From the NCBI GenBank assembly GCA_963699755.1, contig CAVOVB010000010.1:192001-256000 (forward strand): DNA of 64,000 nt, given 5' to 3'. This document shows, in pieces, positions 50,767 to 59,348 of this stretch (position 1 is the first letter of the stretch; every line of letters starts with the position of its first letter). The DNA is from an uncultured delta proteobacterium (GTDB lineage Bacteria > Myxococcota_A > Polyangia > Polyangiales > Houyiibacteriaceae). Made by a program: the position numbers and the translations under genes. Under the pieces are notes generated by a model, which was not told the origin of the DNA, made no database searches, and worked only from the letters and a program-made list of their open reading frames with translations.

Positions 50767-50910
50767 CTAGTCGGACGGCGCAATCTCTTGGGTCTCTCTG
50801 AGCTCTTTCTCGAGCTCGGTAACCCGAGCTTCAAGCACCTCGAGCCGCTTCTTCAGCGCCACCACCTCGCTGTGCAGCGCTGGCCCTTCGTCTTGTTTCT
50901 GTTCTGACAT
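50767..50910 (-). CDS. 47-aa coiled-coil protein, absent from the ORF track
   Basis: MSEQKQDEGPALHSEVVALKKRLEVLEARVTELEKELRETQEIAPSD*; SD GAGGGAGG; heptad pattern; fills the gap between co-oriented genes. Confidence 0.7.
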   Translation of the reverse strand: MSEQKQDEGPALHSEVVALKKRLEVLEARVTELEKELRETQEIAPSD

Positions 50911-50936
50911 GATGCCTCCCTCGTGAACCGAGCGCC

Positions 50937-52919
50937 TCAGCCGTAGACATGCGGAATTGCGGCGCGTGCCGCCTCTGGCTTGAGTGCGTCAACGGCCTGA
51001 GTCTCATCGAACCAAACATAGGCGTCGAACTGCCAGGACAGCGCGGCCTGGAAGTAGTGGCTTTGAAGCTCGGTCTCCGGTCGATAAATGACGCCGATGG
51101 CCCGCTCCAAGCGCGGTGAACCCAGCTCCTCGCGAACCGCGTCGCGCGTCGGATAGCGGAGCGAGAGCAAGAACGCGGGCACCTCGCTGTCATGGCAAAG
51201 GCGCTCGTAGCTACTGGGATGTGAGGGCCGGACCCTCTTGATTTCCATAGGGCCGTCCCAATCCGTGGCGGCCGCGACCGTCCCCGTATGGGTTCCAAAG
51301 CCGATCGAGAATGCGGCGTCCCCAAATTTCTGGCGGCACAGCTGCCCGATGTTGTGCTCGCCGCGCGCGGCCCCCATCTCGGTCGCCCGGGCGTCGCCGA
51401 CGTGTGAATTGTGGGCCCAAACCACCACTTTCGAATCCGGGCCTCGAAACTCCAAGAGGCGCTCCAAGGTGTCGAACATGTGCTGGTCGCGAAGGTTCCA
51501 GGATGCTGGCCCCCCGTAGTACATGACGCGGTAGTACTGTTCCGCGGCGGACACCAAGTGGGCGTTGGAGGTGGCATCGAAGAACCGATCGCCTCCGGCC
51601 TTGGCATAGTCCAGCCGCCGCTCCAAGAGGTCGCGAAGGACGGCAACGACGGGGCGCTCGCATTCAGCGTATCCTCGACTGATCGCGGCGCGTCCGTACA
51701 AAGCCGGGTCGCGCTCCCAGGGAGAAAGGCAAGCATACCGCTCTCCTGCGATTTTCGCGGCCTTTGGATCGACGTCATTCAGGTAGTGAAGGACCGCATC
51801 GAGTGACTTGTACAAGCTGTAGAGATCGAGGCCACGAAACCCTACCCGTCGCTCGGGGTCGTCGATCAGCTCATTGTGCGACTTCAGCCAGGCAACCAGC
51901 TCGAGAACCTCTCGGTTGCGCCACATCCAAGTCGGGAAACGTGTGAATGGTGGATCTTCGCGAACGGGGAAGTCCAGCCCGCGAACATGGTGATCGATGC
52001 GGGCTGCGTCGGGCCAGTCCCCCTCGATGGCAACGATATTGAAGCCGCGCCGCATGACGAGCTCCGTCGTGAGGCGAGTCCTCATTCGATAGAATTCAGA
52101 CGTACCGTGGCTGGCCTCGCCGAGCAGCACGACGCGCGCATCGCCGATCTGCTCGAGCAATGGACCGAGCTCGACTTCGCCGATGTCGGCGATCGGTTGG
52201 CAGGCTTCACGAATCAAATGCGCGACCGGCGTCTCGGGACGCGGTGCGCGCTTCTGGCTTGGGGCCTCGGCACCCTCCGCGAAGCCTCCGGCGCCGATGA
52301 GTGGCACGAACCGGACGCCTCCCAAATCTTCGATGTCCGTCTGCCCAATGCTGTCTTTGGTGACGCGCAGCAGGCGTTGGTCTCGGAGATCGGGTCCGAC
52401 TGGAATCACGATTCGGCCGCCGGGCGCGAGTTGCTCGAGGAGGAACCGCGGGACTTCAGGCCCCCCCGCGGAGACCAGGATGGCATCAAAGGGCCCATGT
52501 TCGGGCCATCCCAGCGTCCCGTCTCCGCATAGAACGTACACGTTGCGATAGTCGAGCTCTCGCAGCCGACGCTCCGCTTGGTCAGCCAGCAGCCGATGAC
52601 GCTCGATCGTGTAGACCTCGTCGGCGATTTCCGCGAGGACCGCGGCCGCGTAGCCGGAACCGGTACCAATCTCCAAGACCCGATCACGGGGCCCGAGCTT
52701 CAGCGCCTCGACCATCGCCGCCACGATGAAAGGCTGCGATATCGTCTGCCCTTCTTCGATCGGCAGGGGAGTGTCATCGTAGGCAAACTCCGCTAGCCGT
52801 TCCGGAAGGAACGCCTCGCGCGGCACCGCCCGCATCGCGCCGAGCACCTTGGCGTCGTGAACGCCCCGCGCCTCCACGTGACGCTCCACCATGCGACGAC
52901 GCTGTTCGCTGGTATCCAT
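50937..52919 (-). CDS. pcm: Protein-L-isoaspartate O-methyltransferase fused to an erythromycin-esterase-family domain
   Basis: QTISQP, VLEIGTGSGY, VRFVPL; then LLGEASHGTSEFY, EGDWPD, WNLRD, VWAHNSH and ERAIGVIY. Confidence 0.9.
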   Translation of the reverse strand: MDTSEQRRRMVERHVEARGVHDAKVLGAMRAVPREAFLPERLAEFAYDDTPLPIEEGQTISQPFIVAAMVEALKLGPRDRVLEIGTGSGYAAAVLAEIADEVYTIERHRLLADQAERRLRELDYRNVYVLCGDGTLGWPEHGPFDAILVSAGGPEVPRFLLEQLAPGGRIVIPVGPDLRDQRLLRVTKDSIGQTDIEDLGGVRFVPLIGAGGFAEGAEAPSQKRAPRPETPVAHLIREACQPIADIGEVELGPLLEQIGDARVVLLGEASHGTSEFYRMRTRLTTELVMRRGFNIVAIEGDWPDAARIDHHVRGLDFPVREDPPFTRFPTWMWRNREVLELVAWLKSHNELIDDPERRVGFRGLDLYSLYKSLDAVLHYLNDVDPKAAKIAGERYACLSPWERDPALYGRAAISRGYAECERPVVAVLRDLLERRLDYAKAGGDRFFDATSNAHLVSAAEQYYRVMYYGGPASWNLRDQHMFDTLERLLEFRGPDSKVVVWAHNSHVGDARATEMGAARGEHNIGQLCRQKFGDAAFSIGFGTHTGTVAAATDWDGPMEIKRVRPSHPSSYERLCHDSEVPAFLLSLRYPTRDAVREELGSPRLERAIGVIYRPETELQSHYFQAALSWQFDAYVWFDETQAVDALKPEAARAAIPHVYG

Positions 52920-53019
52920 GTCGATCAGCCGAGCTCCCGCACGCTGGCGCGAGCCAAAGGCTCGGTCTTGGCTTCACCGCGGATTCGAAGCTCTATCTGT
53001 GTCATCGGCTCCACCTGCC

Positions 53020-53469
53020 CTAGGATTTGATCTCGACCGTCCTTGCCTTGGATTCCTTGGGCGTCGTGCGTGGGATTCGCACCTTGAGTAGGCCGTCCTT
53101 GTATTCGGCCGCGACCTTGTCTTCGTTGGCGTCATCAGGCAGCGTGAAGCTCCGCATGAAGCTCCCATACGAGCTTTCGACACGATGATGCTTCTTGCCC
53201 TTTTCTTCCTTTTCCTCGCGCCGTTCCCCGCGGAGCGTCAGAACGCGGTCTTCGATGTTCACATCGAAGTCGTCTTTTTTCACTCCCGGCAACTCCGCCT
53301 CGATCCGGTACTCCTCGGAAGTCTCCGATACATTGCACGTCGGCGCCCAGTCGGCGATCGACAATGCCTCGCGCTCTCCGAACGGCCAAGTCGCCAACAT
53401 CTCGCGAACCGCTTCTTGCAAGTTTCCAAATCCGGCTAGCGGGTCACGCCCTCTTTTGATGAGTGTCAT
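53020..53469 (-). CDS. Small heat shock protein (Hsp20/alpha-crystallin)
   Basis: AELPGV, LTLRGER, YGSFMRSFTLP, AEYKDGLL and C-terminal VEI; SD GGAGG. Confidence 0.95.
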   Translation of the reverse strand: MTLIKRGRDPLAGFGNLQEAVREMLATWPFGEREALSIADWAPTCNVSETSEEYRIEAELPGVKKDDFDVNIEDRVLTLRGERREEKEEKGKKHHRVESSYGSFMRSFTLPDDANEDKVAAEYKDGLLKVRIPRTTPKESKARTVEIKS

Positions 53470-53514
53470 TTTCCCCTACCTCCTGCCCCGGGACAGCCGA
53501 AGCAAGAATGTATA

Positions 53515-53530
53515 AGCAACAATCGGGCCA
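53515..53530 (-). promoter_or_regulatory. Sigma54 promoter of hsp20
   Basis: Minus strand TGGCCCGATTGTTGCT, one mismatch to the TGGCACG-N4-TTGCW consensus. Confidence 0.8.
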
Positions 53531-53638
53531 CATGCCGGCCTGCGGGTTCACCAAGCTGCGTCACTCGACAAACAGGCCTAAACTGCCGATCCTCGGGTCC
53601 CAGCGCACGAGCGACGCTCCCGGTGCTCGTGCGCTGTC

Positions 53639-53653
53639 GCGCATATTCTGCGT
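53639..53653. promoter_or_regulatory. Putative enhancer box upstream of hsp20
   Basis: GCGCA-tattc-TGCGT, about 110 bp upstream of the -24 element. Confidence 0.5.
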
Positions 53654-53660
53654 CGAGCAT

Positions 53661-55382
53661 TCAAGGTCGCGCCAATAGCTTCTTCAGTGCGCGCCAAGGC
53701 CTGGTGTTGAGCACGTCCTCGGGCTCGAGCCATCCCCGGCGACCCTGATCCACGCCAAAGCGCATGTATTCCAAGTTGCTCTTGCTGTGGGCGTCCGTCG
53801 AAATGGCGAGCTTGAGGCCCATGTCCTTGGCCATGCGGCAACGGACGTCATCGAGATCGAGGCGATCGGGCTGCGCATTGAGCTCGAGGTAGCAGCCTCG
53901 TTCGAGGGCTGCCTCCATGACGCGTTCCATATCGAGCTCGTAGCCGGGTCGTTGGTTGATGAGACGCCCGGTCGGATGGGCCAAGATATTGAAGTACGGG
54001 TTGTCCATGGCACGCATGATCCGTTCTGATTGGGCGTCGCGGCTCAATCCGAAGCCGCTGTGGACGGCGCAGACGGTGAGGTCCAATTGCTTTAGGACGC
54101 TATCGCTCAAGTCGAGTGTTCCATCTGCCAGAATGTCCACTTCGACGCCCTTGAGGACGCGGATCCCCACGAGCCGCGAGTTCAGACGATCGATTGCATC
54201 GAGCTGCCGCCGAAGACGCTTCTCGTCCATTCCATTGGCGATGGTGACGCGCTTCGAATGGTCGGTGATCGCCAGGTAGCCATAGCCCAGCTTCTTGGCC
54301 GCTTCGGCCATCTCTCGTATCGAATCGTGGCCGTCCGTGGCATCGCTGTGCGCGTGTAGATCCCCACGGATGTCGCCGACGCAAACGAGGCGCGGCAGCC
54401 GGTTCTCCTTGGCGGCTTCGATCTCTCCCCGGTTCTCTCTCAGCTCGGGTTCGATGTAGCGAAGGCCCACGGCCTTGAAAAGCTCGTTTTCGGCCTTGCC
54501 CGCAACCCTGCGTTCGCCTCTGAAAACGCCGTATTCGTTGATCTTCAACTTCTTCTTCACCGCAATCGCGCGGACCGCGATGTTGTGCGCCTTGGAGCCC
54601 GTGAAGTAGTACAAGGCCGCCCCGTAAGAAGCTTGCGCCACGACCCGCAGGTCGACTTGAAGCCCTGATCGCAATACGACGGTAGCCCGCGTCGTACCGC
54701 GTGAGACGACTGCATCCACTTCGTCGTACTCGACAAAGCCCTTGATGATCGCTGAGCCCTTCTCGCAGGTAACCAGAATGTCCAGGTCTCCGACGGTTTC
54801 CTTCCGGCGACGATAGCTCCCGGCGACGATGACGTCTTTCACGCCTGGAATGGCTTTGAGGTGGTCGACGTACAGGCTTGCGATCTCCTCGACGTCGGCG
54901 AGCTGGTGTCTTCGTTCTTCTGGCGCATGCATGGAGAGCGCCTCGAGAATTCGTCGCTCCGTCTTCGCTCCGAATCCCGTGAGCTCGCGAATCCGGTGCT
55001 TTGTAGCGGCGCGTTCCAAGTCGGCGAGGTCGCGGATTCCCAACTCCTCATGCAAGACCTTGACCCGCTTCGGACCCAATCCGGGCAGCCGGGTCAGATC
55101 GATGAGCCCCACTGGCACCTCTTTCTCCACCTCTTCGAGCGCGGGGAAATGCCCCGTGTCGATGAACTCGGAGATCTTCCCGGCCAGATCCTTTCCAATT
55201 CCGGGTAGCCTCGAGAGGTCCTCTTCCTCTGCGAGCATGTCGCCGACGCTTCGCGGCAGGCTGTCCAGCGTTTGGGCCGCGTTTCGATAGGCACGCACCC
55301 GGAACGGATTGGCCCCTTGGATTTCGAGCAGGGCGGCCATCCGATCGAACAGGTCGGCGATTTCGGCATTACGAACAGGCAT
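53661..55382 (-). CDS. polX: DNA polymerase X with C-terminal PHP domain
   Basis: NPFRVRAY, HhH PGIG/PGLG, GSYRR...GDLD, YFTGSKAHN; PHP motifs DLHAHS, TDHS, AHPTGR and TDAH. Confidence 0.95.
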   Translation of the reverse strand: MPVRNAEIADLFDRMAALLEIQGANPFRVRAYRNAAQTLDSLPRSVGDMLAEEEDLSRLPGIGKDLAGKISEFIDTGHFPALEEVEKEVPVGLIDLTRLPGLGPKRVKVLHEELGIRDLADLERAATKHRIRELTGFGAKTERRILEALSMHAPEERRHQLADVEEIASLYVDHLKAIPGVKDVIVAGSYRRRKETVGDLDILVTCEKGSAIIKGFVEYDEVDAVVSRGTTRATVVLRSGLQVDLRVVAQASYGAALYYFTGSKAHNIAVRAIAVKKKLKINEYGVFRGERRVAGKAENELFKAVGLRYIEPELRENRGEIEAAKENRLPRLVCVGDIRGDLHAHSDATDGHDSIREMAEAAKKLGYGYLAITDHSKRVTIANGMDEKRLRRQLDAIDRLNSRLVGIRVLKGVEVDILADGTLDLSDSVLKQLDLTVCAVHSGFGLSRDAQSERIMRAMDNPYFNILAHPTGRLINQRPGYELDMERVMEAALERGCYLELNAQPDRLDLDDVRCRMAKDMGLKLAISTDAHSKSNLEYMRFGVDQGRRGWLEPEDVLNTRPWRALKKLLARP

Positions 55383-55545
55383 GAACCCGAAGGCAACGCT
55401 TCATGCGTCACCGAGTACTTCTCCCTCTTCGCCGCTCGTAGGGCAAGCCCGGCGAAGGACCAACGCTTGAAACGACCCCAGGCGCAGAATCTGGGCGAGT
55501 TGCCGAAGGAGCTGGGGGTCAGACCTTCGGTGAAGACCTGGTTCG

Positions 55546-58272
55546 CTAGACCGATGCGCCGTCCGGCCGACTTGGGCGTCTACCGAGCGAGACGACCTTC
55601 TTGCGCAGATAGTCCGCCACGAAGATCAGCGGCGCTCCGAGCCAGACCATGGCGTACATCTCCGGGGAGACCGGGCCGGTGCCGAGCACGCGACGCAGCG
55701 GCGGAAAGTAGAGGGTGGCCCACGAGAAACCGATTTCGATGGCAAATCCGATAAGAATCAATCGATTGTCGAGGAGACCGCGATCGAGTCCTGAACGGGT
55801 GGCAGATCGGCGACCGATGAAATTGCCGATCTGCATCAGCATGATCGTGGCAAGTGCGACGCCCGTCGCCGACTGATAGAGCGGATCACTCGCCGTGAGC
55901 CGCTCTCCGTAGTGCCAACCTCCCGCGTGCAGGACCCAGAAGAACAGAGCCAGGGAGTATGTGGCCTCGATGAGACCTAAGAAGAAGTAGCTGTGGGCGA
56001 CGAGCCGAAAGTTGAGCAGGGGTTCGTCGCGGCCGCGTGGTGACTGCATCATCGTTTCGTCGTCGGTGGGCTCTTGGCCGAGAGCTATCGATGGAATGAT
56101 GTCCGTCCCAAGGTCGATCGCCAGGATCTGAATGATCGTCAGCGCCAGTGGCACTGGAAAGAGGATGTAGATCAAGTACGGTAAGATCTCTGGCCCATTG
56201 CTGACCAGAACGTAGTTCGTGAATTTCTGGATGTTGTTGAAGATCGTGCGCCCTTCGGCGACGCCCGCGACGATAGATGCAAAATTGTCGTCGAGGAGGA
56301 TGATCTGAGCGGCCTCTCGGGCGACATCCGTTCCGCTGACGCCCATCGCGACACCCACGTCCGCTGCCTTCAGTGCGGGCGCGTCATTGACGCCATCACC
56401 TGTCATCGCGACCACGAGCCCAAGCCGCTTCAGTGCGGTGACGATCTTCATCTTCTGTTCGGGGGTGGTCCGCGCAAATACGCACACGCCTCCTTCGAGA
56501 AGCTCGCAGAGCTCGGCTTGTCGTAAGCGCTCGAGGTCCTCCCCCGATAGGACGAACGGCTCTGAGCCGCCGGCCGACGGGTCGGACGCTGGTAGGATGC
56601 GCGCCTTGCGTGCAATGGCGGAGGCGGTCTGAGGGTGATCTCCGGTGATGAGCAGAACGCGAATCCCAGCTTGGCCGCACTTGCTGACCGCATCTGGGAC
56701 TTCGGGCCGCAACGGATCCTCGAGACAGAGGAATCCCTCTAGCCTCAACCCATGCTCTAGTTCCTCTTGCTCGATCTCTTCCCGCTCGAGCTCCGGCGCA
56801 CCCGCGGGGACGACGCGCGTCGCGATGGCAATGATGCGTTGACCCTCGCCCGCCAAGCGATCAACCAACGCGTCGATCTCCGCTAGCGACCCCGTAGTGG
56901 CTTCGTGCCCGGGCCCGTTGGTCTCCGAGATCTCGCCAATCCGCGGACGGAGCGCCTCCCATGCGCCTTTGACAGCGAAGACCGCGTCGCGCCGACCTCG
57001 CCGAAGCCCCGCGGCCCGCCGCTTGCGCAAATCAAAGGCGAAATGTCGCGTCGTCTGTTGAAGGACCTCGTCCACGTCGCCGACTTCGACTGCGTACAGC
57101 TCCGCCAGCGCGACGTCGAGCGGATCGCCTACCCATTTGCCCGCTTGTTGGTGAGGCTCGCTGGCGATCAGGCCCGAGCGCAGAATCTCTCCGCGCAGTG
57201 GCCGCGATTGGGTGATCTCGCTGCCCCTCGCGTCGACGATCCGAGTAATCGAGAGCTGGTTGAGCGTGAGGGTGCCAGTCTTGTCGGTACAGATCGCATG
57301 GACCGCGCCGAGCCCTTCGACGGCATTCAAGCTCTTGACCAAGACGTTTTGGCGGGCCATCCGCAGGCTTCCCATCGCCAACGACAGCGTGAAGGTGGGC
57401 AGCAATCCCTCGGGAACGTTGGCCACGATGATGCCGAGCATGAACACCAAGTTCACCCAGAGCGGGCGTCCCGCGAACACGCCGTACGCGAAGAAGACGC
57501 CACCCATGGTGACGGCGATCGCCGTCAGCACTCGCACCATGTGCGTGGTCTGTCGCTCGAGCGGCGAGGCCGGCCGGCGAATGTCGCGAGAGAGGGCCGC
57601 CACTTGTCCAAACTGCGTTCGCTCGCCGGTGGCGAAGACGACCGCAAGCCCGGAACCCTTGAGCACGGAGCAGCCGGCGAACGCGATATTGCTGCTATCG
57701 ATCAAGCGCCCGGGCACCGCGGCCTCCGTGAGCGGTACAGCCCCGGATTCTCCTGTGAGCGGTGCATTGTTGACCAGCAACTCGGTGCACTGTACGAGCC
57801 GCGCGTCGGCGGGAATGCGATCCCCCTCCTCGATGAGAAGCACGTCGCCGGGAACCACGTTCTCCGCCAGCATCTCGATCTCGTGGCCCTCACGGCGCAC
57901 CGCCACGTGCGGCGGCAAGAACTTCGCCAGGGCCTGCATGGCACGATCGACTCGGTACTCTTGGAAGAACGCAAAGGACGCGTTCAGCAGCGATACGGAG
58001 AGCAGCGCCCAGCCGAGAATGTCCATCCGTTCGCCTGGCTGCATGGCGTCGGCCACAAAACAGAGCGCCGCCGCCACATCGAGCAGCAAGCTGAAGAAGT
58101 TGGTGAGCTGTCGAAACAGACTGCGAGCCAAGCGAAAGCGTGCAGGGGGACTCAAGGCGTTCTTGCCCAACTCACGCAAGCGCTCGGCGACCTCCGTCGA
58201 GGTCAGGCCGTCAGGACGGCTGTGCAGTAGCTCGAACACGCGTTCGGGCGGGGCGTTTTGGATCTGGCTCAC
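55546..58272 (-). CDS. P-type cation-transporting ATPase, type IIC (Na/K-ATPase)-like
   Basis: LTGES, IVANVPEGL, DKTGTLT, TGDH, GDGVNDAPAL, SNGPE and IDLGTD; GTGA overlap with the usp gene. Confidence 0.92.
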   Translation of the reverse strand: MSQIQNAPPERVFELLHSRPDGLTSTEVAERLRELGKNALSPPARFRLARSLFRQLTNFFSLLLDVAAALCFVADAMQPGERMDILGWALLSVSLLNASFAFFQEYRVDRAMQALAKFLPPHVAVRREGHEIEMLAENVVPGDVLLIEEGDRIPADARLVQCTELLVNNAPLTGESGAVPLTEAAVPGRLIDSSNIAFAGCSVLKGSGLAVVFATGERTQFGQVAALSRDIRRPASPLERQTTHMVRVLTAIAVTMGGVFFAYGVFAGRPLWVNLVFMLGIIVANVPEGLLPTFTLSLAMGSLRMARQNVLVKSLNAVEGLGAVHAICTDKTGTLTLNQLSITRIVDARGSEITQSRPLRGEILRSGLIASEPHQQAGKWVGDPLDVALAELYAVEVGDVDEVLQQTTRHFAFDLRKRRAAGLRRGRRDAVFAVKGAWEALRPRIGEISETNGPGHEATTGSLAEIDALVDRLAGEGQRIIAIATRVVPAGAPELEREEIEQEELEHGLRLEGFLCLEDPLRPEVPDAVSKCGQAGIRVLLITGDHPQTASAIARKARILPASDPSAGGSEPFVLSGEDLERLRQAELCELLEGGVCVFARTTPEQKMKIVTALKRLGLVVAMTGDGVNDAPALKAADVGVAMGVSGTDVAREAAQIILLDDNFASIVAGVAEGRTIFNNIQKFTNYVLVSNGPEILPYLIYILFPVPLALTIIQILAIDLGTDIIPSIALGQEPTDDETMMQSPRGRDEPLLNFRLVAHSYFFLGLIEATYSLALFFWVLHAGGWHYGERLTASDPLYQSATGVALATIMLMQIGNFIGRRSATRSGLDRGLLDNRLILIGFAIEIGFSWATLYFPPLRRVLGTGPVSPEMYAMVWLGAPLIFVADYLRKKVVSLGRRPSRPDGASV

Positions 58273-59108
58273 GACGGGGTTCCGTAGATGGCGACGTCAC
58301 AGGGCGCGTTTCGCAGGACCTGCTCGATCGGGCTTCCGTACACCGAACGCTGGCGAAGCGACGCCGTAGAAGCGCCCATGTAGATGAGCTGGGACTTGGT
58401 CTTGCCGGCATGGATGACAATCTCTTTGGGAATGTCATCGGAGAGGAGGACGGTGGCGTCGAGCCTGGTGGATGGCAAACCAAGCTCGGAGCCCAAGGTT
58501 TGCTCTATCTCGGCGACGTAGTGCTGTCGCATCTGAAGCAAGCGCGCTGCCTCCGCGTGACTGATGCGCTCAAACCGCTGCCGGCTCAGCTGATGAACCA
58601 GCAGGACTTCGACCGCGCTCGCGTCGGGCGCGAGCAGACGAAGATAGGGCAATCCAACTCGGATACCTTCGGGGCGACCGCTCACCGGAACCAAGAACTT
58701 GTGAGGACCTCCCAAGAGCCCCGGCTGCACAACCCGGACCGAGAGAACCTGGCAGCGACCCTCGCGCAACAACTTTTCCGATACCGTGTCGGCGAGAAAG
58801 CCGCGTCCCTTTTGGCGCACGCGGGTTCCGCAGACCAGATAGTGGGCAGGGTCCTGTGGAACGAGCGCCAGAAGTGTGGCCGCCACGGTCTTGCGCTCGG
58901 GCTTGACGGTGAGCTCGAGCGGCAGAGCAAGCTCCTCGGAATCGGCTTCGATGCGGGCGAAGCGCTGCTCCACGGCCGCTTTCGAAAGCTGACCGTCTTC
59001 CACGTACAAGACGTGGAGCCCGGGCTCGGGGAGCCGGCTCGCCATCTTCATGGCATAGCGTGCGACCCAGTCACCGTGAATCGACCCGTCGTAGGCGAAA
59101 TGCAGCAT
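58269..59108 (-). CDS. Tandem universal stress protein
   Basis: FAYDGS...LVCG...VSEKLL; second domain LVPVSG...IYMGAS...GSPIEQVLRNAPCDV. Confidence 0.85.
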   Translation of the reverse strand: MLHFAYDGSIHGDWVARYAMKMASRLPEPGLHVLYVEDGQLSKAAVEQRFARIEADSEELALPLELTVKPERKTVAATLLALVPQDPAHYLVCGTRVRQKGRGFLADTVSEKLLREGRCQVLSVRVVQPGLLGGPHKFLVPVSGRPEGIRVGLPYLRLLAPDASAVEVLLVHQLSRQRFERISHAEAARLLQMRQHYVAEIEQTLGSELGLPSTRLDATVLLSDDIPKEIVIHAGKTKSQLIYMGASTASLRQRSVYGSPIEQVLRNAPCDVAIYGTPS

Positions 59109-59348
59109 GCCTGTCTCCACCGCGTTGATGATCCCGTGAGCGTGAGAAGTCACCTACCACGGAGAGTCTTCTAGGAGAAATCGCCAACGTCGTACGCTAT
59201 CTAGACATCTCTCGCGAGACGCTCCGCGATCGGCTTTCAAGCGCTCCCTACCCAACGCGCATCGAACGTTTCGTATCAATGGCCTTTCCGTTCGAGTCTA
59301 TCGACCATAACCTCCGCGTTAGACCCGTACACCCCCGGAGACAATCCA

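Noticed and set aside
50937..52200. Macrolide resistance gene (ere)
   Set aside because: Family-level similarity only; the fusion and context argue against calling resistance.
59280..59295. Sigma54-like TGGCCTTTCCGTTCG upstream of DUF1003
   Set aside because: The -12 GC is missing (reads CG).
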